Assembly (NCBI GenBank): GCA_016929235.1
Contig: JAFGJD010000004.1
Coordinates: 64,866-128,865 of the forward strand
Reading direction: 5' to 3'
DNA from: Candidatus Babeliales bacterium
GTDB taxonomy: Bacteria > Babelota > Babeliae > Babelales > JABCYS01
Length of the DNA stretch: 64,000 nucleotides
The notes under the pieces are model-generated. The model made no database searches and had not been told where the DNA came from. It saw only the letters and a list, made by a program, of their open reading frames with translations. This document shows positions 47,651 to 57,002 of the stretch, one piece after another (the stretch's first letter is position 1; each line of letters opens with the position of its first letter). The position numbers and the translations under genes are program-made.

Positions 47651-50275
47651 TTATTTAACACGCCCAATTTTGAACGTTGCTAAACGATTAACATCAAGCA
47701 CTCGTTTCACTGCTTCTTGTACTTCACTGAACGATAGTTTGGTAAAATCTTGCGCCCGTGTATCAAAATAATCTTCAGGTAAATTATACCGATCCATTGC
47801 CAAGAATGAAGCCGCAATGCTACTATTTGATGCAAAATTATCCACAAGCGCATTTGCGAGCGCATTCTGCGCTTGTTTAAATTCATCTTGCGTCATTGAA
47901 TCAGCAACAGTTTCAATTGTTTTACGAATAACATTCTCCGCTTCTTGCAGCCGGTCCAGAGACACTATTGTTCGCACATAGGCCATGCCAGGTTGCTCGT
48001 CAGCCCCATAGATTAATGAACCCGCAATAGTATAAAAGAGCCCTGTTTGCTCGCGTAACTGGAAAAGACGAGAACTCATAGAGCCAAGCACCCCACCACC
48101 AAAAATCTGATCGAATAATAAAAGCTTGTCGTAGTCAGGATGCAGACGACTAATCGACTTACCCGCGAAGCATAGAACAACCTGATCTCGATTAATATTG
48201 TATGCATAATTCTGAGATTGTGTGTCTCGTACTTTAGGGAAATTGAGAGCTGCAACCTCTGGCCCTTGCCACGTGCCCCATGTTTTTTCCAAAATCGATG
48301 GAACATCATACGTGCCAACATCACCTGAAATCCCAACACGTGCTCCACATGGAGAGATACTACGTTTGTACCAGCTCCATAAATCATCACGTGTTATGGA
48401 GGCAATGGATTCAACCGTGCCCAGTTTACTCTTACTGTACGGATGCCCTTCATAAATATGACGGCGCACAAATTCGGTTGCAAAATCTACTGGACTATCC
48501 CAATAATTTCGAACATCAGCCAAAAGCTTTGCGCGCACCCGCTCAACTGAGGCTGTTTCAAATATAGACTCTTCTAATAGCTCTTGCACCAAGGATAGTC
48601 CTGTTCCAAAATCAGGTGATAGTGTTGTTAATGATAGCGTCCCTGGCCCAACATAAAGCCCCATCCCAAGATTCTCAAATGCCTGGGCAAGCTCAGACGC
48701 AGAATGTTTTTTTGTACCCTCAATTAAGACGGCGCTCATAAAATTACTTAGACCAGGTTTATCTTCAGGATCATAAAAATACTTCGTGCGCAACGACATA
48801 ATTGCATCAACTTTTTCAACAACATTGCGATCGCACCATAAAACTCGCAATCCATTACCCAACGTTTCCATACTGCGCTTAGGATAGCGAAAAACCTTTG
48901 GCATCGCCGGAGTAATAGTGTGTGCATGTTGCGCTGATTCAACGGGAAGCTCGCGTTCCTTACCAGATAAAATTTGCGTATCTTCTTGATCAGAAAGCTG
49001 TTGTAATGATGCCCATGATTCACGCTCTGAGTCACGCAACGGAACAAGCTCTCCATAGTGCGTCACACTGTGACGACAGTATAATGCAAGCATGTCGTAG
49101 ATATCGCCTTCTAACTGCTTGGGATCATAATTACTATATGTGAATAGTGCCTGCTCATCGCCCGTTGCAAGATATAACTTGCCCATGAGATATGCTTGTT
49201 TTTGATTATTTTCAAGCAGCGAAAGGAACTCATTATCAACTTGCTTTCTCGCCCGCGTTATCTCCTTATTCCTCAATTTGTTCTTTAGAATATTTTCAAT
49301 CTCATCGTGTATAAGCTGAATCACACGTTGTGAATCAATATCCTCTTTTGGCTGAAAACTAATAAAAAATAACCCATGGTCAAACAGATCGTAATTAAAT
49401 GCTTCAATGTCAGTTACAAGATGCAATTCATCAACAAGTTTTTTATAAAGCCGAGAACCCTTTCCAGCAGCAAGAATCCATGTGATGATGTCCAGCACGT
49501 AGTCCATCTTTGCCGTAGAACCAGGAACTACCCATGCAAGCATCACTGTTGTTTGTTTGACATCACGGAAAAGTCTTACAGAACGAGACACAATATCACG
49601 ATTCAAATAAAACGACTCTTGCTGATACTCTCGATCCGCAGAAAGCGGTCCAAAATGTGATTCGGCCTCCTTAAAGACATCTTCGGGAGCAACATCCCCT
49701 ACAACAATCAATGTTGCATTGTTAGGGATATAATGTTTCTTATAAAAATCGACAAGTCGCTCACGATTTAAGCTCCACAGATCTTGCTTGTAACCAATGA
49801 TTGGATGATGGTACGGATGATCAGGAAAGATCTGTGATAACATCTCCTCCAACAAAGATGTTTTATAATCATCGCGATACATTTTCAATTCTTGCACCAC
49901 GGCCTTCAATTCGGAATTCAGCATCTCTGTTTTGAAGGTACAATTGCGCATGCAATCAGCCATAATAGGCAATGCCGCTTTCCAATTCTGACTTGGAAAA
50001 TCAAATAAATATCCAGTGTAGTCGTATGAGGTAAACGCGTTACAAGAACCGGACAATTTATGGGTAATTTCATTTATATCAGATTCAGTAAGCGAGGTAG
50101 TTCCCTTAAAGATCATGTGTTCAATTAAATGAGCCAGTCCCTTCTCTCCAGTCTTTTCGTGTTTTGAACCAACGCTATACCAGAGCTGTGTGGAAACTTT
50201 AGGAATTGTATGACACGGACGAACCAATATGGTCAAACCATTCTTCAGAACTTTCTTGAATACTTGTTTATCCAT
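47651..50275 (-). CDS. M16-family zinc metallopeptidase (pitrilysin-like, two tandem halves)
   Basis: Inverted zinc motif HLIEH (HxxEH) near the N-terminus. At 874 aa it has duplicated M16 active/inactive domain architecture. Confidence 0.9.
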   Translation of the reverse strand: MDKQVFKKVLKNGLTILVRPCHTIPKVSTQLWYSVGSKHEKTGEKGLAHLIEHMIFKGTTSLTESDINEITHKLSGSCNAFTSYDYTGYLFDFPSQNWKAALPIMADCMRNCTFKTEMLNSELKAVVQELKMYRDDYKTSLLEEMLSQIFPDHPYHHPIIGYKQDLWSLNRERLVDFYKKHYIPNNATLIVVGDVAPEDVFKEAESHFGPLSADREYQQESFYLNRDIVSRSVRLFRDVKQTTVMLAWVVPGSTAKMDYVLDIITWILAAGKGSRLYKKLVDELHLVTDIEAFNYDLFDHGLFFISFQPKEDIDSQRVIQLIHDEIENILKNKLRNKEITRARKQVDNEFLSLLENNQKQAYLMGKLYLATGDEQALFTYSNYDPKQLEGDIYDMLALYCRHSVTHYGELVPLRDSERESWASLQQLSDQEDTQILSGKERELPVESAQHAHTITPAMPKVFRYPKRSMETLGNGLRVLWCDRNVVEKVDAIMSLRTKYFYDPEDKPGLSNFMSAVLIEGTKKHSASELAQAFENLGMGLYVGPGTLSLTTLSPDFGTGLSLVQELLEESIFETASVERVRAKLLADVRNYWDSPVDFATEFVRRHIYEGHPYSKSKLGTVESIASITRDDLWSWYKRSISPCGARVGISGDVGTYDVPSILEKTWGTWQGPEVAALNFPKVRDTQSQNYAYNINRDQVVLCFAGKSISRLHPDYDKLLLFDQIFGGGVLGSMSSRLFQLREQTGLFYTIAGSLIYGADEQPGMAYVRTIVSLDRLQEAENVIRKTIETVADSMTQDEFKQAQNALANALVDNFASNSSIAASFLAMDRYNLPEDYFDTRAQDFTKLSFSEVQEAVKRVLDVNRLATFKIGRVK

Positions 50276-50355
50276 ACCATACCTTATCTATGCTTTGTAA
50301 ACTGTTATGAGTATACTACTCTGCCATGGAAGACCCCTAACTTCAATAAAAGACT

Positions 50356-51435
50356 ATGTTGACGCGCGCTCTGTCCCTACTTAAAACTTCATGGTCACTC
50401 CCACTACTCATCGCATTCATAGCGGGCATCCATATCCAAGCACTACAGCCTTCTCCCATAGTCATCTTGGTGTATCTCGCACTGACCCTTATTACTACAC
50501 CGGAAATAGAATTAAAGGGACTAGCTTTTATCGTGGGAATAGCCTTATGCGGCGCTATTTCATATCTTAGCCATATACAGCCGTATTACGATTTCATCAG
50601 GACAACTCAGGACGGGCCCTATGACATTTTAGCAACCGTTTCTGACATACACCCTTATGAGCACCCTTTTCTGCGTACCAAGCTTACACTCACTATGCAC
50701 GATCTTCGCACAGACGCGGGATGGGCTACTCTGAAAGGGGCGATTGATATCTACCTTCCCTATACACCATATCTCGAAATTGACGACCTCATTCAGGTCA
50801 ACGCTCTGTACCTTACCCAAAAAAACCTATCGTACTTCTCATTAAGAGAATACTGCTATGCAACGGTATTCCCTCAACATTTGTCATATCTATTAATTGA
50901 GAAACAACGATGGTCCCCACGACGCTGGATACAAAAACATAGAAGAAATTTGTATGAGCGAATTAAACAAAAACTTACACCACAAACATTCGGACTTTTT
51001 TCTGCGTTATTTCTTGGACATAAAACATCAGAAACACACGAATATGCACCGGCATTTCGCAATTGGGGCATCTCACATTACCTTGCTCGCTCAGGCCTAC
51101 ACCTCATGATTATTATGCTCCTGTGGAATACCCTTCTTTCATTTTTACAGCTCTCTGTGCTTACAGAACTTATTATTATGATAAGCATAGTAGGGATCTA
51201 TACAATGCTCAGTTGGTCAAGTGTTTCCTTCCTACGTGCTTTATTAATGTGGATGGGGCACAAGCTACTTCGCCTACACCATCTTCCTTATACGACATTG
51301 GATTTGTTAATTGTAGTTGCTGGAATAGTACTTATTACCAACCCCATCAACCTCATGTGCTTGGACTTCCAGTTGAGCTTCAGCCTTACTGCAGCACTCA
51401 TCTGCGCCTACCAGGCCCACGGCCAAAAAAGATGA
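50356..51435 (+). CDS. ComEC/Rec2-family membrane protein (Competence domain only)
   Basis: Polytopic, with WGISHYLARSGLHLMII matching the ComEC core motif (..H.lAiSGlH..). At 359 aa it has no metallo-beta-lactamase domain. Confidence 0.7.
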   Translation: MLTRALSLLKTSWSLPLLIAFIAGIHIQALQPSPIVILVYLALTLITTPEIELKGLAFIVGIALCGAISYLSHIQPYYDFIRTTQDGPYDILATVSDIHPYEHPFLRTKLTLTMHDLRTDAGWATLKGAIDIYLPYTPYLEIDDLIQVNALYLTQKNLSYFSLREYCYATVFPQHLSYLLIEKQRWSPRRWIQKHRRNLYERIKQKLTPQTFGLFSALFLGHKTSETHEYAPAFRNWGISHYLARSGLHLMIIMLLWNTLLSFLQLSVLTELIIMISIVGIYTMLSWSSVSFLRALLMWMGHKLLRLHHLPYTTLDLLIVVAGIVLITNPINLMCLDFQLSFSLTAALICAYQAHGQKR

Positions 51436-51507
51436 ATTTTTATTGAGAATTGGCAAAACGTTTTTATAAACTAGAAACGTAAAATTACAAACTCAAGGGG
51501 GCTATCA

Positions 51508-52812
51508 ATGAAAACAGTACACATACTCCATTACCTTATTTTTTTTTCAATTACATATCTTGCTGGTTCTTCAGAATTATTACCAAAAAAAGAATGGACG
51601 TTTATGGTGTATATGGCTGCACGCAACGATCTACACCCGTTTTCTCACACCAATATTCGCCAGATGGCAGACATTGGATCAAATGAATTTCTAAATATCA
51701 TTGTCAATCTCGATGAGCGAGGCAATGAAAACCCCTACCGACTATATATAGAAAAAGATAATCCCCTTATCGTATGTAAAAACAGCTGCCTAACAAACAG
51801 CGGAGACCCTGAGAATCTCATCGATTTTTGTAAATGGGCAATAGAAGCATTTCCCGCACAACACTATGCTCTAATTCTTTGGGACCACGGAACCGGACCA
51901 ATCGATCCTTTTATAGGAAGAACGCTTTCCTTTGATACACTGCTCACCCCAGAAATATTCGAAATACAATATAAATCATTTTTAGGCCTACTTCCGCAAA
52001 CAACCCCTCCCCTACAAAAGGGGATCTGCTTTGATGATGAACACAGACAATACATAACAAATGAAGGATTACAACGAGCATTATCAATAATATGCCAAGA
52101 ATCTCTCAATGGAGGAAAGCTAGACATAATTGGCTTTGATGCATGTCTCATGTCAGACATTGCCATAGCCCACCTTGTCAGAGATTACGCCAATATCATG
52201 GTCTCTTCACAGAATGTAGAACTTGGACCTGGATGGAATTATAGACTTACTCTCAAACTATTTACAGAAACCTGCCCAACCCCAAAAGAATTTGCCACCC
52301 ATATGGTGCAATCATATGGAAACGCATATCAATACATTATTGGCGATTACACGCAATCCGCAATTGATTTACAAGCAATCACACTGCTTGAAAATAACGT
52401 GCACCATGTCTCAACGCTTCTCACACAGGCACTCCATGGACAGCACGATCGCACAGTCAAAGATGCAATAAAAATGAGTCGCTCCAGAAGATTATGTACA
52501 GCTTTTGATGAACCAAGTTACATAGACCTTCATCATTTATATCTCAATCTCTCAAGAAATTTGCCACTCTTCCAACAAACAACGAGCTCCGAAACCTCTC
52601 GGATCCAAACGGCTCTATACGAAGGGCTCACAGATGGCATGAAACTTATTGAATCCATTGTGATTGCCAACACAGCCGGTTCAAAGCTTCCAAACGCAAA
52701 GGGCATATCAATTTATTTTCCAGAAGTAAGAGTGCATAGCTCGTACTACAAAATTCCATTTGCCCTTGAAAATAAATGGCTTACATTTGTCAGAACATAT
52801 CTCAATGGATAG
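51508..52812 (+). CDS. Clostripain-like cysteine peptidase (family C11), secreted
   Basis: Signal peptide. WTFMVYMAARNDL, the His context LILWDHGTG and the Cys context IIGFDACLMS are typical of C11. Confidence 0.8.
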   Translation: MKTVHILHYLIFFSITYLAGSSELLPKKEWTFMVYMAARNDLHPFSHTNIRQMADIGSNEFLNIIVNLDERGNENPYRLYIEKDNPLIVCKNSCLTNSGDPENLIDFCKWAIEAFPAQHYALILWDHGTGPIDPFIGRTLSFDTLLTPEIFEIQYKSFLGLLPQTTPPLQKGICFDDEHRQYITNEGLQRALSIICQESLNGGKLDIIGFDACLMSDIAIAHLVRDYANIMVSSQNVELGPGWNYRLTLKLFTETCPTPKEFATHMVQSYGNAYQYIIGDYTQSAIDLQAITLLENNVHHVSTLLTQALHGQHDRTVKDAIKMSRSRRLCTAFDEPSYIDLHHLYLNLSRNLPLFQQTTSSETSRIQTALYEGLTDGMKLIESIVIANTAGSKLPNAKGISIYFPEVRVHSSYYKIPFALENKWLTFVRTYLNG

Positions 52813-52882
52813 GCACAGTTTTTAGTTCTCTGCAAAAAGACTTATACTCTCCAGACCAGAGCACCACAACAAGAGATATCTT

Positions 52883-53461
52883 ATGAACATTCAAAGCTAC
52901 AAAAAGAGATTATTAGAAAATCTTTATCTTCCATACCAAAACGGAAAAACCTCACTCGGAAGCCCAATAGGCGCAAACATTGTCTTTGGAGAAGGGAACC
53001 CTAATGCCCAGCTCATGATCATTGGCGAAGCGCTTGGAAGAGAAGAAGACGAGAAGAGCCGGCCATTCGTAGGCCGCTCCGGAAGACTACTCACCAAAAC
53101 CCTCGAAGGCCTTGGCATTCCCCGCGAACAAACCTATATCACCAATGTAGTAAAATGGCGCCCGCCACAAAATAGAACCCCCAACCCTGAAGAGCGCACC
53201 CTTGGAATGCCTCTGCTCATCTCACAAATCAAGGTAATCAATCCATCGCGCATCCTCACATTAGGATCCATTGCCACCAGGGCGCTTTTAGGAGACGAGA
53301 TTCAAATCAGCAAAACCCGGGGAATCACACACGCCTTTGGCAACTACACCGTAACCCCAACCTATCACCCTGCCTACATCCTCAGAAATCCGGCGGCCCT
53401 CAAGACATTTGTTGCAGACATCTCTCAAGCGATCCAGGCGCTCGATCAACAAAAAAGTTGA
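52883..53461 (+). CDS. Uracil-DNA glycosylase, family 4-like, cysteine-free
   Basis: Motif A region GEGNPNAQLMIIGEALGREEDEKSRPFVGRSGRLL and motif B HPAYILR. There is no Cys in the 192 aa. Confidence 0.85.
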   Translation: MNIQSYKKRLLENLYLPYQNGKTSLGSPIGANIVFGEGNPNAQLMIIGEALGREEDEKSRPFVGRSGRLLTKTLEGLGIPREQTYITNVVKWRPPQNRTPNPEERTLGMPLLISQIKVINPSRILTLGSIATRALLGDEIQISKTRGITHAFGNYTVTPTYHPAYILRNPAALKTFVADISQAIQALDQQKS

Positions 53462-53539
53462 CACATAGAGAGCTCCCCCTCAAAAAACATTTCAAATGAC
53501 ACCCTCGAAAACCTCAATCCGCCGACGCTTCTCAGGCAA

Positions 53540-53729
53540 TGTGGATAGATTGTGGATAACTCACCCCAAAATGTGGATAACCTGTGGATAGATTGTGGAT
53601 AACTTTTTTCAATAATTAGGCTATCCACAACTTATGCACATATTGTCCACAGGTTATCCACATTAAGTTATGGCCAAAAAGTGACCGTTAAATAGGGGTT
53701 TTCGAGATTACACTTTCAAGTTATCCACA
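53540..53729. promoter_or_regulatory. Cluster of ten DnaA boxes (candidate oriC core)
   Basis: Matches to TTATCCACA with <=1 mismatch. In the reverse orientation they start at 53540, 53551, 53572, 53583 and 53594. In the forward orientation they start at 53621, 53632, 53643, 53654 and 53721. Five are perfect. Most spacings are 11 bp. Confidence 0.8.
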
Positions 53730-53743
53730 AATAAGCGGGACAC

Positions 53744-53787
53744 TATTATTATTATTTATAAATTAAATATATAACTACTTATTAATA
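53744..53787. other. AT-rich element (candidate DNA unwinding element)
   Basis: TATTATTATTATTTATAAATTAAATATATAACTACTTATTAATA is 42/44 A/T. It starts 15 bp after the last DnaA box. Confidence 0.5.
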
Positions 53788-53923
53788 GGGAGAGAGCATA
53801 AAGGGGATCCTTCCTCTTTTTGTATTTCATGGTACACTCTCCGAGTGGGGTCCTTGTGTCCCTTGTGTTACTCTTATTGAAGACAATCCAGTATCATTCA
53901 CTTCTAAACAACAAAAGGGCAAC

Positions 53924-55024
53924 GTGAAGCTTGCAGGTGTTATTGAAGAGCTCGTTGAAGAGCGGGGTCTAGAGAAATCTCTCTTGCGGTCTATTATTTG
54001 TGAAGGGATTCTGGCTGCCTATACAAAGCGTTATCCGGATCTTCCTCTTCATGTTGATTATGACCCAAAAACAGATGAGCTTATTATTTTAATAGAGAAA
54101 AATGTTGTGGCGTCCGTGAGTGATTCTGATCTTGAGATTAGTGTGCGGAAGGCTAAAAATCTTGATAAGAAGCTTAAGGTGGGCTCAACTATCAAGGTTC
54201 CCTTCGATGGGACGATTGGTCGCATTGAAATTTTGCGTGCTAAGCAGGTCATCGCTAATAAGATTCGGCTTGTTGAGGCTTCGATTATTTATAATGAATT
54301 CAAGGACAAGGAGGGAGAGGTTGTTCTGGGTTCTGTGCATAAATGTGAGCGAAATGGGACGGTAGTTAAGATTCAGGACAATCTGGCGTTTTTGCCGCGG
54401 TCTCTTACGATTCCAGGCGACAAATGTATCGTTGGTGCACCCATTCGCGCCTTATTAAAAGAGGTTCTTGCTGAGCCACGGAACGAAAATCAGCTTATTC
54501 TTGATCGAGTATCTCCAGAGTTTTTGAGGCGTCTCTTTGAGCTTGAGATTCCAGAGGTCTATGAGGGGATTGTTAAGATTAAGAAGATTGTGAGAACTCC
54601 TGGCTATAAATCTAAAATCATTGTTTCTTCCAGCGATGCTAATATTGATCCAGTTGGGACCTGTGTTGGTGTTGGTGGGGTAAGAATTAAGCCTATTTTA
54701 AAAGAGTTAAGCAACGAAAAAATTGATATTATTGCGGACTCAGATGACCTTGAGCAATTGATCCGCAGATCATTGAAGCCGGCAGAAATTGAGCGCGTCG
54801 AGCTTGAAGGTGATGGTAGGGTTAAGGTCTGGCTTGACGAGGATCAGCGCTCCCTTGCTATTGGTAAGATGGGACAAAATATTCAATTAGCGTCTCGACT
54901 GACGGGTGTTCAAATCGATCTTGTACAAAAGGGCGATACGCCATTTGAAATTTCAACAGAAGAGTTTGAATTATCTTCGGATTCGTTGAGTAGTTCAGGC
55001 GATGATGACAAGAAAGACGAGTAG
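53924..55024 (+). CDS. nusA: Transcription termination/antitermination factor NusA
   Basis: GTG start with an AAAGGG SD. S1 domain (GEVVLGSVHKCERNGTVVKI), KH1 (CVGVGGVRIKPI) and KH2 (AIGKMGQNIQLASRLTG), with an acidic C-terminus. Confidence 0.95.
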   Translation: MKLAGVIEELVEERGLEKSLLRSIICEGILAAYTKRYPDLPLHVDYDPKTDELIILIEKNVVASVSDSDLEISVRKAKNLDKKLKVGSTIKVPFDGTIGRIEILRAKQVIANKIRLVEASIIYNEFKDKEGEVVLGSVHKCERNGTVVKIQDNLAFLPRSLTIPGDKCIVGAPIRALLKEVLAEPRNENQLILDRVSPEFLRRLFELEIPEVYEGIVKIKKIVRTPGYKSKIIVSSSDANIDPVGTCVGVGGVRIKPILKELSNEKIDIIADSDDLEQLIRRSLKPAEIERVELEGDGRVKVWLDEDQRSLAIGKMGQNIQLASRLTGVQIDLVQKGDTPFEISTEEFELSSDSLSSSGDDDKKDE

Positions 55025-55029
55025 GTATT

Positions 55030-56985
55030 ATGCGATTATATGAATTTTCTCAGGAAGTTGGTGTTACAAGCAAGGATCTGTTAAAGGTCTTGGACGATGC
55101 CGGCTTTCCGGTGAAAAGTCATATGTCTCAGCTTACAGATGAAGCCCTTGTATTTTTGAAGAAAAAATTTTCATCTGAGCCGCAGGTTAAAGAGGTTGTG
55201 CAATCAAAGCCTGTGCAAGTAAATTCTACGTATGTCACAAAAGAAGTTGATCCGATTTCTCTTCCTAAAGAGGAGGATTTAGAGGAAGAATCGTCCCACA
55301 TTATTCTTCAAGAGATGACGGTTGACGCGATTGCTCAGAAATTAAATCGCCCCGTCACTGAGGTGATTCTCTTTTTATTGCGACGTGGTGTTGTTGCTAC
55401 CAAAAATCAATTGGTTTCTGAAGATTTGATTAAGGCTCTGGCCGATCAGTATGGTTTCGAGGTGAGGGCTCGTCGTGAAGAAAAGCGCGAAACTCATCGT
55501 GCAGATGAAACAAAATATGAACATCTGCAGACGCGACTTCCTGTGATTGTTGTTATGGGTCACGTTGATCATGGAAAAACGACGTTGCTAGACTATATCA
55601 GAAAAACGCGTGTTGTTGCACGAGAAAAAGGGGGTATCACGCAGCATCTTGGCGCATATCATGTTGATACGCCTCATGGTGGGTTGGTCTTTCTCGATAC
55701 TCCTGGTCACGAGGCATTTTCACAAATGAGAGCCCGTGGTGCTAAGGCCGCAGATATAGCAATCTTGATTGTCGCTGCAGACGATAGCGTGAAGCCGCAA
55801 ACTGTAGAGGCTCTTCGGCATGCTGAGGCTATGGGTATACCTATCCTTGTTGCTGTGAACAAAATTGACCGCGTTGATCCGCAACGTATTGATGTTGTAA
55901 AACGTGATCTAGCTCAATATAATCTTTTACCCGAGGAATGGGGTGGGCAAACCATTTTTATTCCAATCTCTGCAAAAGAGGGCACAGGGGTTGCTGACTT
56001 ATTAGAAGTTGTTGCGCTTCAAGCAGAAATGATGGAATTACAAGCAGACCCAACTGTCCCAGCTCAGGGATTTGTTCTTGAGGCTCGTCTTCAAAAAGGG
56101 CGTGGTGCCGTTGCAACGGTCATTTGCCATCAGGGAACCTTGAAGATCGGGGATTATTTTATGTGCGGGGCAACACAAGGAAAGGTGATTACCCTCATCA
56201 ATTCATATGGTAAAAAAGTATCTGCAGTGGCACCGTCAATTCCTGTACTTGTATCTGGATTTGAGCAGCTTCCTGACGTTGGAGCTGTCTTTAGGGTTGT
56301 TCCTGAAAAAGAATATCGCAAGGCAAGAACGGAAACAGGGGATACGGCTGCGCAATTATCTACAAGAGCCTTTGATGAAAAAACGATTAATCTCATCATT
56401 AAGGCTGAGGGTAATTCATCGCGCGAGGCACTCTTGCATGCGATCAAGCCGCTTTCCAAAAAAACTGACAAACACTTAAATATTATCTATTCAGGAGTTG
56501 GCGATATTAATGAAAGTGATGTCGCTACGGCAGTTGATACCGGCGCCCGTATTATTGGGTTCCACGTAAAAGCTGACACAAATGCAGCACGCTCTGCTCA
56601 CCGATTGGGAGTTGTCGTTGAGCTGTATGATGTCATCTATCATCTTATTGATGCGCTTAAGGATCTTCTTGAAAAAAGTAAAGATATTGTCTTGGTGAAA
56701 AAGCGTATTGGTGAAGTTGAGGTTAGGAAGGTTTTTGATATTAAGGGTCTCGGAGTTATCGCTGGTTGTTATGTTAGAGACGGTAAGGTGACTCGAGATT
56801 GCACTGTGGTGATTTCCCGTAATGGCTACAAAGTTGGAGAGGGCCCTGTGCGTAGTTTGCAAAGGGATCGCCGCCCTATGAAAGAAGTAGCCGCTGGATA
56901 TGAATGTGCATTCTTAGTTGATGGCTTCAATGAATGGCAAGTTGGTGATAGGGTAGAGTGCTTTGTTGTAGTTCCGAAAGAATAA
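55030..56985 (+). CDS. infB: Translation initiation factor IF-2
   Basis: G-domain VVMGHVDHGKTTLLD, DTPGHEAF and NKIDR. 651 aa, 5 nt after nusA. Confidence 0.97.
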   Translation: MRLYEFSQEVGVTSKDLLKVLDDAGFPVKSHMSQLTDEALVFLKKKFSSEPQVKEVVQSKPVQVNSTYVTKEVDPISLPKEEDLEEESSHIILQEMTVDAIAQKLNRPVTEVILFLLRRGVVATKNQLVSEDLIKALADQYGFEVRARREEKRETHRADETKYEHLQTRLPVIVVMGHVDHGKTTLLDYIRKTRVVAREKGGITQHLGAYHVDTPHGGLVFLDTPGHEAFSQMRARGAKAADIAILIVAADDSVKPQTVEALRHAEAMGIPILVAVNKIDRVDPQRIDVVKRDLAQYNLLPEEWGGQTIFIPISAKEGTGVADLLEVVALQAEMMELQADPTVPAQGFVLEARLQKGRGAVATVICHQGTLKIGDYFMCGATQGKVITLINSYGKKVSAVAPSIPVLVSGFEQLPDVGAVFRVVPEKEYRKARTETGDTAAQLSTRAFDEKTINLIIKAEGNSSREALLHAIKPLSKKTDKHLNIIYSGVGDINESDVATAVDTGARIIGFHVKADTNAARSAHRLGVVVELYDVIYHLIDALKDLLEKSKDIVLVKKRIGEVEVRKVFDIKGLGVIAGCYVRDGKVTRDCTVVISRNGYKVGEGPVRSLQRDRRPMKEVAAGYECAFLVDGFNEWQVGDRVECFVVVPKE

Positions 56986-57002
56986 TTAGACAGAAGGGGT
57001 CT

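Noticed and set aside
53540-53729. Repeated 9-mers considered as a CRISPR array, transposon terminal repeats or iterons of a plasmid origin
   Set aside because: The units are 9 bp and match the DnaA-box consensus. Spacing is 11 bp with no unique spacers. Orientation flips once in the middle. No cas, transposase or rep genes are nearby.
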